Of a stretch of 64,000 nucleotides of DNA, positions 28,280 through 36,801 are shown piece after piece. A program made the translations under genes and the position numbers. Below the pieces are notes generated by a model. The model was given only the letters and a program-made list of their open reading frames with translations, ran no database searches and had not been told where the DNA came from. The first letter of the stretch is position 1; every line of letters starts with the position of its first letter. The DNA comes from a virus, in the IMG/VR virus record IMGVR_UViG_3300009514_000888, positions 1 to 64,000 of that record; one strand, 5' to 3'.

Positions 28280-28738
28280 ATGTATTGGCGAAAAATCGAG
28301 GCAGAGATCATCGGTATGAACCGTGTCTATAAACTCCGTAATAACCGGGAATTGCGAGAGTGGATTCAGGAGAGACGGAAAGTCTATATACAGGTCGTCC
28401 GGGTCAATGCCCATTTTATCGAAGAATTTGCCGGTAGCGATGTAATACAGGGGATGCTTGAGTTTCGTCCTTTAATCCCTGATTTGAGAGAAATGTCCAG
28501 GGATGCCAGGATCGTTTTGCGCCGTCTTGATATGCTGCTCGAAATCACTTCAACTCATAACAGTTTTACGGAATTTGATACGCACAAGAGCAAGGCGGAA
28601 TCGATTCACGAATCCTCGATTCGCTATCGTTCCAAATGGAATGATATTATGTCTTTGTCTGAAAAGGCGCATCGTATTCTCAATAATCAACCGGAGTCTG
28701 ACGATAAAGAAGAGGAATCTCCGCCGTTCGCAGATTAA
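28280..28738 (+). CDS. hypothetical protein
   Basis: 152-aa ORF. Confidence 0.55.
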   Translation: MYWRKIEAEIIGMNRVYKLRNNRELREWIQERRKVYIQVVRVNAHFIEEFAGSDVIQGMLEFRPLIPDLREMSRDARIVLRRLDMLLEITSTHNSFTEFDTHKSKAESIHESSIRYRSKWNDIMSLSEKAHRILNNQPESDDKEEESPPFAD

Positions 28739-28744
28739 GGCTTA

Positions 28745-29164
28745 TTGAGAAGGATGGACCGCATGCCCAGACACCAATTCGCAATTCGTAAAGTAAACAC
28801 ATATCTTATCGACGACCCTGGTCCGCCTCGACGAATTGAGGAAAATGTCAAAGTGGGAGAATGCTCGCTCGATGTCCCAGAAGATATAGACCTTTCAGAC
28901 CTGCCAGATTGTTCAACTGACAAGACGTACACTGGCTACGGTTTCGTATTGGCGCAAACCTTGGACGGCCAAGTGGTTCCGCAAGAGTTACCATTTATGA
29001 TCGATGCAGAATCAATTGAAGAAGCTTTTAGCAAGTTTGAGTCTGGTATTGAGTCTAAAATTCGTGAATTAGAGAAGCAGAACCAGGGCGTTAAGCCTCC
29101 GACGCCGCAAGAATTGGCGGCTTTGTCCAGGGGGAACAATAGCGGCGGCATAATCGTGCCATGA
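28745..29164 (+). CDS. hypothetical protein
   Basis: ORF coupled to the next gene by an ATGA overlap. Confidence 0.6.
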   Translation: MRRMDRMPRHQFAIRKVNTYLIDDPGPPRRIEENVKVGECSLDVPEDIDLSDLPDCSTDKTYTGYGFVLAQTLDGQVVPQELPFMIDAESIEEAFSKFESGIESKIRELEKQNQGVKPPTPQELAALSRGNNSGGIIVP

Positions 29165-29538
29165 GCGATTTGCAGAAATTACAATTGGTTGAGCATCTGT
29201 TCAAATTGAAGAGAGTTGAGCCTGAGTGCGAGGCTTGGGTTCGTAATGCATTCCGTCTGTTGCAGGTGAAATTTCCCGATCTTTCGTTGGAGTTCTTTGA
29301 AGACCTATATACGACTTATGGACCGAGTTATCTTATCGAAAAATGGAAAGAGTTGCATTTGGAGTATTTCTCGGAAGGCGAACTCCGCAAGATGAATGAG
29401 TTCTGGGCATCGGATGTGGGCAAGAAATTGGTAATAGGAGATTATCCAGCCGAACACATCTCGGTATCTGTCCAATGGGCGCAGTCGCTGGACAGCCGTT
29501 GCGAATCAGCAGAGAGACGAAGGAGACAACCATGTTAG
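29161..29538 (+). CDS. DUF2059-like protein
   Basis: YFSEGELRKMNEFWASDVGKK resembles the DUF2059 core. Confidence 0.6.
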   Translation: MSDLQKLQLVEHLFKLKRVEPECEAWVRNAFRLLQVKFPDLSLEFFEDLYTTYGPSYLIEKWKELHLEYFSEGELRKMNEFWASDVGKKLVIGDYPAEHISVSVQWAQSLDSRCESAERRRRQPC

Positions 29539-30021
29539 ACACGATTGATCGTTTGCGATGTCACTGGAGTCGAAATCTCACTATTTACTCAGACATCATT
29601 GATGACTTCTGCCATGCGAGCGGTTATTCACTTTGTCAAGAAGACCTGCGTATGATTCATTCGTTACGACAGAGCCAAAGGAACCTCAGCATCTTGGCTA
29701 GAAAAGCAGAAATTCTGATGCTCGCCTGCCAAGATTCAATCGCAAGAGCGTCTACATTGACAGCATCACTTCTGGAGGCTGTTAAGGGCTATCGCGATGA
29801 TCTGATCGCGTCCGACCAGAAAGCCGCTATATTGCTGGCCCGTATGCAGAATCGCACGTGATTCTCCAGCATTAATCGCCTTCCCGCTATAATCTAGAGG
29901 GAAGGAACCCGCCTGCCAATGCTGCTAACACGCAAGCCCTTATATGTCAATAAGTTAGCAGTTATGGCGGTCTAGTATGGTTGTTTTGCGTGAATACTGC
30001 TATAATCTTTGGGAGTATCCA

Positions 30022-30777
30022 ATGAGCAGATCATTGAGCATTACGTCTACCTGGGGCTTGCAGGAATCCATCCGCCGAAGATGGGGCGAGAGAAAAGCCC
30101 CGCCTTCGCAGCCAAGGGGTGCCAAGAAAGCAACGAAACGGGTGTTGCTTGTTTTGGCCAAGGACGAAAGCCGGAGTATTCAGTCTTACCGAGTGGATAT
30201 TCAGCGTTGTATACAGGACATCATTCGGGGATGCTCGCTGGAGAAGGGGGCTGATGATTACAGGCTGATGCATATCTCTTTTGGCGACAATATACAGCAA
30301 CATCATGACTTCAAGCCGTTGAATCAGTGCCAACCAGATGATTATGTTGGACAGGAAAGAAAGTCCCGTTCGACTGCTTTGTCTGATGCGATTGTTTACG
30401 CCGTTAACTCACTGGTGGTAAAATCAGATTACATGAAAAACGATGATGTTAGCGGTATCGTGTTGGTTCTGAGCGACGGGAGATCGACCAAGTCATCGTA
30501 TAACCGGGAATACTTAAGGCGAATTATCACTAAGTCCGCCTCTAGCTCATCTCTTCGTTCCCTGAAAGTCATTTTAATCGGCGTCGGCGATGACCCGTAT
30601 GCGCAGGAGGAAATGGAAGAATTCTGTCGCGAGGCAGGGATCGCTCAATACGTATCGCTTCGTGATGTAAATCATGAGACAATTGCTATGCTGATATCCT
30701 GTGTGCACCGGAACATCATGTCGCAACGTCACGCCATGCATATCGGCAGGGAGCCCAGGAAGTTGTGCGTCGAATAG
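30022..30777 (+). CDS. vWA-like domain protein (degenerate MIDAS)
   Basis: LVLAKDESRS, STALSDA, LVLSDG and ILIGVG motifs. Confidence 0.7.
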   Translation: MSRSLSITSTWGLQESIRRRWGERKAPPSQPRGAKKATKRVLLVLAKDESRSIQSYRVDIQRCIQDIIRGCSLEKGADDYRLMHISFGDNIQQHHDFKPLNQCQPDDYVGQERKSRSTALSDAIVYAVNSLVVKSDYMKNDDVSGIVLVLSDGRSTKSSYNREYLRRIITKSASSSSLRSLKVILIGVGDDPYAQEEMEEFCREAGIAQYVSLRDVNHETIAMLISCVHRNIMSQRHAMHIGREPRKLCVE

Positions 30778-30798
30778 ACAAAGCCCTTACTCTACAGA

Positions 30799-30838
30799 AG
30801 CCCTCGGATGGCATTGGTCGTCCGAGGGCTTTTTTTTT
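30799..30838 (+). terminator. intrinsic terminator
   Basis: AGCCCTCGGA...TCCGAGGGCT followed by a T run. Confidence 0.85.
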
Positions 30839-30898
30839 AAGATAAGTGCTTGAGATTGTTGCATAATTGGACTGGTTCGTTACGGAAGGATACCGCCC

Positions 30899-31408
30899 AT
30901 GAAAAAGCCTACTGATGTATTGACTACGGGGCAGATTGCCAATCTTTGTCGTTGCGCCCCCAGGACTGTTGCCAAGTGGATTGACGACGGCGCACTCAAG
31001 GGTTTCCGTCTTCCAGGCTCCAAGGACCGCCGCGTAGTCCTGGTGCAATTGTTTTGCTTTATGCGCGAGCGCGGCATGCCGCTGGAATGGCTCGCGTCTA
31101 TGACAGATATTCAGGAAATCAAGAGATATTGCGACATTCACATGATTGAGGATACTGTTGAGATGGAGCCCGGACAGGCTCCGAAGGCCGTGTTGGATGT
31201 AGTTGGGGAAATTCTCATCTCGCTAAGAGAGGTCTTTGGGAAGGTGGTTACGATTAGCAAAAGGCGAGGGACTAATGCTCCGATATTAACTATAGCTGTT
31301 GAGGGAACGACCCAAACAATCACGTTGCAGCGAGAGCATGTATCGGCGATAATACCGATTCTTACTTGTTTTATGAATACTGGGCAATTGACAGAGTCCA
31401 TGGCCTAA
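30899..31408 (+). CDS. excisionase/MerR-type HTH DNA-binding protein
   Basis: LTTGQIANLC.CAPRTVAKWID.G.LKGFRLPGS.DRRV. Confidence 0.8.
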   Translation: MKKPTDVLTTGQIANLCRCAPRTVAKWIDDGALKGFRLPGSKDRRVVLVQLFCFMRERGMPLEWLASMTDIQEIKRYCDIHMIEDTVEMEPGQAPKAVLDVVGEILISLREVFGKVVTISKRRGTNAPILTIAVEGTTQTITLQREHVSAIIPILTCFMNTGQLTESMA

Positions 31409-31420
31409 AGCGAGGACAAG

Positions 31421-32029
31421 ATGGCGGACAATGATATTTATATTGGGAAGATTTGTGCTTCGTCGGACAATACCTTAGCTGTCGTAACGTCCAAAAAGCG
31501 AATACCGATCAAGGGGATGAGATGGTTTGGATTCACACTTGACGGATATCCTTGGAAAAGCCGCAATCCCAGGGTGGTCGCAGATAGCCTTAACGAATAC
31601 ATTCATCAAAAGATTGACGAGAGAGCCTTCTCTTTGCGAGATATGTATACGGACAAACTTGCTGTTGAAAAAATCAGGATACAGCGTGAACGCGATCAGC
31701 AGTTGGTAGATGCGAAAAAAGAGTGGGATAAAGAAAATGAGAAATGCATTGTTGAGGCAGCTGGCGAGATGGCGAAGATCAAACAAGAGATCGCTAATCT
31801 ACAAGCAGAGTATGCAGGCAGCGACGGCGCATGCAGCCGCTTGGTAGAACGGCAGATCAACGAAGAGCGGAAAGCTTACTTGGGCATTTTGCGCAGTTTG
31901 CTTAAGAACGCAAACAAATCTACTACAACGGCCATTGAGAGAGCGGTCGTACGCATTGACGAAAGAGCGAAAGAGCGTAAACAGAAAAGATTGGAGTCTC
32001 TAAATGCACCAGATACAATGGGTGTATGA
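31421..32029 (+). CDS. hypothetical coiled-coil protein
   Basis: 202-aa ORF. Confidence 0.6.
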   Translation: MADNDIYIGKICASSDNTLAVVTSKKRIPIKGMRWFGFTLDGYPWKSRNPRVVADSLNEYIHQKIDERAFSLRDMYTDKLAVEKIRIQRERDQQLVDAKKEWDKENEKCIVEAAGEMAKIKQEIANLQAEYAGSDGACSRLVERQINEERKAYLGILRSLLKNANKSTTTAIERAVVRIDERAKERKQKRLESLNAPDTMGV

Positions 32030-32056
32030 TGGCTATCTTTGGGTATTTAGCGGGAC

Positions 32057-32094
32057 GAAGGCAGGAAACCCCACCCTTGCGGTAGGATAGTTCA
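32057..32094 (+). mobile_element. solo IS200/IS605 right-end-like remnant
   Basis: GAAGGCAGGAAACCCCACCCTTGCGGTAGGATAGTTCA closely resembles the end at 64-96. Confidence 0.5.
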
Positions 32095-32111
32095 ACATAT
32101 GGGGAGAGTCG

Positions 32112-32486
32112 ATGCGATACAAGTATGCGAATACGCTAAAAGCAGACTTGTATTTCTATAAGGCTCATGTCGTAAGCGTGTATGACGGGGATACGCTGAC
32201 GGCTCGAATCGATCTTGGTTTTGATACCAGCGTTCAGCATAAGCTTCGACTATCTGGCATTGATACGCCCGAGATACGGGGCAGGGATCGAGTGCAGGGT
32301 CTAAAGGTCCGAGACATAGTTCGGGAACTGGTCTTGGGCAAAGATATATTTGTGGAAACAGTTCAGGACAAACAAGGCAAATATGGAAGATATCTGGCGG
32401 TTGTTTGGTATGGCAATGGCAATGGCAATAGGTATTACTGTCTAAATGAGTTCCTTCTGGAAGAAAATCTGGCAAGGCCCTACTGA
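32112..32486 (+). CDS. thermonuclease (SNase) family protein
   Basis: VYDGDT, RLSGIDTPE and KYGRYLA motifs. Confidence 0.9.
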   Translation: MRYKYANTLKADLYFYKAHVVSVYDGDTLTARIDLGFDTSVQHKLRLSGIDTPEIRGRDRVQGLKVRDIVRELVLGKDIFVETVQDKQGKYGRYLAVVWYGNGNGNRYYCLNEFLLEENLARPY

Positions 32487-32929
32487 TCGCCTGGTTTGTC
32501 GCAAGATCGAATGTATTGTATGGTGCCTTTTGATGACGGCCGGCTTTGCTATTTTTGGATGGCTTTGCTTCGAGTTAATCAAAACTCTGGTTCAAGCCAT
32601 GTGTCATAAACTGCCGATATGATAATGTTGCTCATCGAGCGGAGAAGCCAGTGACTACCATCAAGCAAGATTTCAATGTGGTTCCGCGACAGGACGTGGA
32701 GCGCCTAGCCAAAGTGATAGGCGCTAAATCTGCTGTTGCGCGGGCGCTGAAAGATGCTGATAGCCATAATGGTGATGTCCGCTTTTGGGTGGGGCGTCAT
32801 AAGCGCCAATATTCAATTCTGGTAGAGAAAGTCCTCTCAACAGACGAAGATTGTTGAAATTTTCGCTTTCTTCAAACTCCGGCAACATTCTAGAGCGAGT
32901 ATTCTCCCATAAGGACAGAATCGGAAGGC

Positions 32930-34531
32930 GTGAATATGACCCAGACAACCGCACTCGACCAGCCGCATGCCCTTGCGTTTTACCACGAAGGCAAGGTCCG
33001 CGTTCATCCTGACGCATCCCAGGATGTCAAGAGCGCGGTTCTTACCTTTATTGACACTGTGCTGACGGCCAGCGGACAGGCGACGTATTACAACACCAAG
33101 AAAGAGCAGTATCGCGCGCTCTACGAGGTTCATGATGCGATTTTTCGCGTCAATCGCGGACTGTATGGCGCGATGCTGTGTCTGCCTGGCATCATGGACA
33201 AGAGCCGTCAAATTGGTTTTACCAAGCTCCTGGAAGATAACAGTGAGGGCAGGGAAGCATCGTTCTTAACCCCAGAACAGGAAAATTGGGTTATTGCCTA
33301 TCTGTCCAGAAATATTAGACCCAGCGCGCTGTTCCGGCAGTTCGTGGAAATTCGCAATAAGAGGGTGAATAACAGCCGCGTGCGCAAGTTCATTTTTGGC
33401 GCGATCCTGCCGAGTAATTCGCTGCCGCTTTGGTCGGTCAAGTATCGATCCAAGGTTCGCGCTGCGCTAGAACATGCTTGGAGCCGGCAAATGGCTTCTG
33501 CGATTCGTTGTATTCTGAGCAAACCTGCCCAGTCGAGAACAGATAAGGAAAGGTCCATCCTTGATAAGAACATTGATCGCTGGGTACGGCGCGGCAATAG
33601 CGAGCTGACCCCCGACGAGGTTTATCAGTGTATTTGCTTTGTTTTGGGCGGGAAGATGGGTAGCAAGTATACCGTCAAACTGTTGATGCAGCGGCTTGAT
33701 GCCCGAGAGAGCCTGGACAAGGGCAAGGACTTACCGCCGGAAGTCCTGGAAGGCATTCGAAGTCGCTATCACAAGGATGCTGCTAAGGGCGCGGTCTTGG
33801 CGGTCACTAAGGATACGATGACCAATACCCAGAAGCGCCGCGTACAGCGCTCGGCCAAGGAAGCGAATGTTGATGTTAAAATGGACCCGCTCAAGCAGGA
33901 CATTATTCCGCTGTATGTTTACGCGCTTGAAATGGGGATGACTCGCGAAATCTTCCAGGCCCTCGACACGAAGGCTCGCAAAATCGCGCAGACAATCCCT
34001 GTTCGATATAGGCGCGTCGGCATTGTGGTGGATAACTCCGAGTCGATGTTCGGCACGGATCAGGCGAAGCGCAAGCCGTTGGCTATCGCCCTGGCTATGC
34101 GAGACATCCTTGCGGCGTCCGCGACAGAATATGCCTTCGCCATCCCATCGCAGGGACAGTTCGATGACTTCGGCATGACAACGTCGCGCGGCGACACGAG
34201 TCTTGCCGAGCCTCTGATTCGAGTAATCGAGGAAGGGGTTGATGCGGTCTACCTGATTACTGATGGATACGAGAACAGTCCGGCAGGCAGGACCGGCGAA
34301 GTTATTGAACGTTTGAGGGAAATCGGCATTGAGGTTCCTATCTTCCAGGTGTCGCCTGTTGTGTCCGTCGAGGCGGCAGGTATTCGTGCGCTTTCGGATC
34401 GTGTCGCTCCGATGCCGGTTGCGAACCCAGCAGGCATCGGCTTGTCGATGATTCGAGCAACGATTACGAGCGATGTCGAGACGGGCATCGAAGCGCTTTT
34501 GGAAACCACGCGACCGCTACTGGAGGGTTAA
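32930..34531 (+). CDS. Ro60/TROVE-like protein (helical N-terminal region plus C-terminal vWA)
   Basis: 533 aa; vWA MIDAS-like IVVDNSESM, T(S)LAEP and YLITDGYEN at Ro60-like positions; basic helical N-terminal two thirds; a Y-RNA-like array lies downstream. Confidence 0.55.
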   Translation: MNMTQTTALDQPHALAFYHEGKVRVHPDASQDVKSAVLTFIDTVLTASGQATYYNTKKEQYRALYEVHDAIFRVNRGLYGAMLCLPGIMDKSRQIGFTKLLEDNSEGREASFLTPEQENWVIAYLSRNIRPSALFRQFVEIRNKRVNNSRVRKFIFGAILPSNSLPLWSVKYRSKVRAALEHAWSRQMASAIRCILSKPAQSRTDKERSILDKNIDRWVRRGNSELTPDEVYQCICFVLGGKMGSKYTVKLLMQRLDARESLDKGKDLPPEVLEGIRSRYHKDAAKGAVLAVTKDTMTNTQKRRVQRSAKEANVDVKMDPLKQDIIPLYVYALEMGMTREIFQALDTKARKIAQTIPVRYRRVGIVVDNSESMFGTDQAKRKPLAIALAMRDILAASATEYAFAIPSQGQFDDFGMTTSRGDTSLAEPLIRVIEEGVDAVYLITDGYENSPAGRTGEVIERLREIGIEVPIFQVSPVVSVEAAGIRALSDRVAPMPVANPAGIGLSMIRATITSDVETGIEALLETTRPLLEG

Positions 34532-34535
34532 GGTT

Positions 34536-35567
34536 ATGGCTATGGCGAATATCAGCGTAGGCGAACTTTTGCACGGCTGTGTGCCTGGCCGGATTCAGTC
34601 TGTAGGCTACATGCAGGTCATCCCTCTTATCTCTGGTATTGAGGATGAGCGTTTCGTGTCTCCGAGACGGGCGAAGGTTTCGACCACGACATACGGCACA
34701 CTTGTTTTCGACAACACCGAAAACAAGGAGGTTATTGTCCCGGCTCAGGCGGCTTATATTGTTAAGCAGGCAGCGCAGGACCATGCGATGACGACGGTTG
34801 GGCTGGTTCCCAAGAAGAAGACGATATCGTTCAATACGGCAGCATGTATCCAGCAGACTCAGGGTGGAACTATTTACTCTGACGAGCATGAGATGATTAT
34901 CTTGCCGGTCGAATTGCGCAATGATGCCCACCAAGTCCGCAAGAAGCTGGGCTACGAAAAACTGTGGCCTGCCATTAACGCTATGAATGAGAGGTATGGC
35001 GTTAGCCGCGGATATGGCGCGCAGGGGCATTTGGAATACTTCATGGATGCGTTCAAGACTCAACTGGATTGCTTCGTCGCCGAGTTTGAGCCTGTTCCTA
35101 AACAGGTCGGCGCGATTGTGTTGGTTGGCGGCAGGGTCGTTGGCATTGAACGCACCCCGAACGAGGAATATTGGCGAGACATCTGGCGCACCTTGATCAG
35201 GGAGTGCTATGGGTCGCTGGCGATTCTTGAACAGCGAAAACATGCCACGAAGGCTCCTCCAGTCCCCAAGACCCGAGAGGCTTTGCCCAAGGCAACCGAT
35301 CTGTCGGACCTCAAGACGAAACTCCGGCAGACCCAGGACCGAGAGTATTCTAATGTGAAAACCATCGTGGAGAACGTTGCGGCACTGAAGCTTGATCGGT
35401 CAACGGACGCCACCAGCGGCTCGTTTGTGGTCGATGCGGTAGAGGGCGACTCTTTCGTAGGCCAGGTGGTTGTAGACGGCGAGAAGATTGTGTACGCTTC
35501 TCTCGTCGCTCGCGGATCGCAGGCCAAGAATGAGGATTGGTTCCTGGGTAAACGGTTTGCGATGTAA
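34536..35567 (+). CDS. ARPP-1/DUF6569-like protein
   Basis: MQVIPL, AQDHA and ACIQQTQGG pattern; start is ATG 34536 or the next ATG. Confidence 0.5.
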   Translation: MAMANISVGELLHGCVPGRIQSVGYMQVIPLISGIEDERFVSPRRAKVSTTTYGTLVFDNTENKEVIVPAQAAYIVKQAAQDHAMTTVGLVPKKKTISFNTAACIQQTQGGTIYSDEHEMIILPVELRNDAHQVRKKLGYEKLWPAINAMNERYGVSRGYGAQGHLEYFMDAFKTQLDCFVAEFEPVPKQVGAIVLVGGRVVGIERTPNEEYWRDIWRTLIRECYGSLAILEQRKHATKAPPVPKTREALPKATDLSDLKTKLRQTQDREYSNVKTIVENVAALKLDRSTDATSGSFVVDAVEGDSFVGQVVVDGEKIVYASLVARGSQAKNEDWFLGKRFAM

Positions 35568-35582
35568 AATTGCCCCCGGTAG

Positions 35583-35619
35583 CTCCTCCTGGCGGCTTCG
35601 GTCGCTAGGGGGAGTTTTT
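35583..35619 (+). terminator. intrinsic terminator
   Basis: CTCCTCCTGGCG-GCTTCGGT-CGCTAGGGGGAG followed by a T run. Confidence 0.75.
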
Positions 35620-35667
35620 CTTGAGGCATAAATTGAAGAAAATGCAGAAAATTGACGCCAGGATGCA

Positions 35668-35695
35668 TTGACATTAAAGGTTCGGACGTTACTAT
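35668..35695 (+). promoter_or_regulatory. sigma70-like promoter upstream of the ncRNA array
   Basis: TTGACA-16 nt-TACTAT, ending about 15 nt before ncRNA unit 1. Confidence 0.65.
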
Positions 35696-35709
35696 GACGA
35701 ATAAGAAAG

Positions 35710-35773
35710 CTGGGGACTTGAACGTCAATACCGCGATCTTCGGATAGTTGGCATGACCTTTAACCTACCCCAG
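35710..35773 (+). ncRNA. Y-RNA-like unit 1 (small insert)
   Basis: CTGGGG/CCCCAG terminal stem; GGACTTGAACGTCAATACCG ... TTTAACCTACC. Confidence 0.6.
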
Positions 35774-35845
35774 ATACTATTTTGTCGCAAGTGCGATGTA
35801 GATGAACGCATGACAAGTGAATAATGGTGGTTTTGGGATGCCCAA

Positions 35846-35948
35846 CTACTAACAGAGGGTGGGGTCAGGACTTTCGCGTCAATTCCGTGATTAGACAATT
35901 TCACACCCTTTGACCCGCCCCCTACCTGATCCTATCCCCTGTTAGTAG
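35846..35948 (+). ncRNA. Y-RNA-like unit 2 (hairpin insert)
   Basis: CTACTAACAG/CTGTTAGTAG stem; GGACTTTCGCGTCAATTCCG ... TTTGACCCGCCCCCTACC. Confidence 0.65.
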
Positions 35949-35953
35949 AACAT

Positions 35954-36105
35954 AAACGGGAACTCTTGCGTCAATACCGAGTAGGCATTATAAACCCCAG
36001 GATACGGGTTCGAATCCCGTTCGGCGCTTTGCGTAGTTTAGTACGCGCCGATAGCTCAATTGGCAGAGCAGGAATCTCAACGTTGACCCAAACCTTATCC
36101 CGTTT
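35954..36105 (+). ncRNA. Y-RNA-like unit 3, YrlA-like (permuted tRNA-like insert)
   Basis: AAACGGGA/TCCCGTTT stem; conserved core; order is T arm, loop-closed acceptor stem (TCGGCGC/GCGCCGA), D arm. Confidence 0.75.
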
Positions 36106-36115
36106 TTTAATACTG

Positions 36116-36268
36116 ACCGCCGGAAGCGAATAGATAGGACTCGCGCGTTAATACCGTGACATAGCTCAATGGTAGAGCAACACCCCTAAAGGTGCGATTG
36201 AAGGTTCAAACCCTTCTGTCTCAACAGAACTTAACCCGCAACCTACCTATCTATTTCCTTCCGGCGGT
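36116..36268 (+). ncRNA. Y-RNA-like unit 4 (complete tRNA-like insert, 6-nt CCUAAA loop)
   Basis: ACCGCCGGAAG/CTTCCGGCGGT and ATAGATAGG/CCTATCTAT stems; conserved core; insert has GCTC/GAGC D arm, CACC/GGTG arm and GAAGG-TTCAAAC-CCTTC T arm. Confidence 0.7.
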
Positions 36269-36310
36269 TTTTTAATGCGCAGAAAAATCTATTAATTAGT
36301 TACATAGTGT

Positions 36311-36440
36311 ACCGTGGGAAGCACGGAAACAAACGCTCGTGGAGACTGCTTAAGGTTCATGCTCGTTTTACGAGCAGGGGTACTCCAACGACAAGATTCT
36401 CCGGCGAAAATGCCGACTGCATCATATGATGTAGGCAACC
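36311..36440 (+). ncRNA. orphan TnpB omega-RNA-like structured RNA
   Basis: CCGTG-GGAAG-CACGG hairpin, A-rich linker, ACGCTCGTGGAG...CTCCAACGA long stem, possible GGGAA/TTCTC pseudoknot. Confidence 0.45.
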
Positions 36441-36442
36441 AT

Positions 36443-36515
36443 GGCCGCGTAGCTCAGCGGAAGAGCAAAGCGTCTCTAAAACGCTAGGTCCAGGGTTCGA
36501 GTCCCTGCGCGGCTT
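36443..36515 (+). tRNA. amber suppressor tRNA (anticodon CTA)
   Basis: GGCCGCG/CGCGGCT acceptor, GCTC/GAGC D stem, AGCGT-CTCTAAA-ACGCT anticodon arm (CTA at 36476-36478), CAGGG-TTCGAGT-CCCTG T arm. Confidence 0.85.
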
Positions 36516-36516
36516 T

Positions 36517-36801
36517 ATGAATGTACGAGATTATCTTAAAGACGAGATTGTCAAGTACGTTGAGTCGGCTCAGGGCTGTAAGGCCACTGAAATTGCTCCT
36601 GCGATAATTGATGCCATCACCCCCACCCAAAGGGAGGATGGGACAATGGCTGCATTTCTAGAACTTCCATTTATAATTGAAGAGCTGATTGATGAAGGAC
36701 GGATTGTATCTGTCTGTTACTCATTGCCGAGTATGCCATACCGAGAAAAACAGTTTTTGTTACCTGCTGGCACATCAGTATTAGCAAGGAGCTTGCTATG
36801 A
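36517..36801 (+). CDS. hypothetical protein
   Basis: ORF starting right after the tRNA. Confidence 0.55.
   Translation: MNVRDYLKDEIVKYVESAQGCKATEIAPAIIDAITPTQREDGTMAAFLELPFIIEELIDEGRIVSVCYSLPSMPYREKQFLLPAGTSVLARSLL

Noticed and set aside
35985-36078. True permuted tRNA gene yielding a mature tRNA
   Set aside because: The would-be anticodon stem halves pair poorly and no anticodon loop can be rebuilt; a YrlA-like mimic fits better
35710-36268. CRISPR array
   Set aside because: The shared motifs are split, degenerate and unevenly spaced, each enclosed in its own stem, and no cas genes are visible
36311-36440. Group I intron
   Set aside because: No recognisable P7/catalytic core and no interrupted exon
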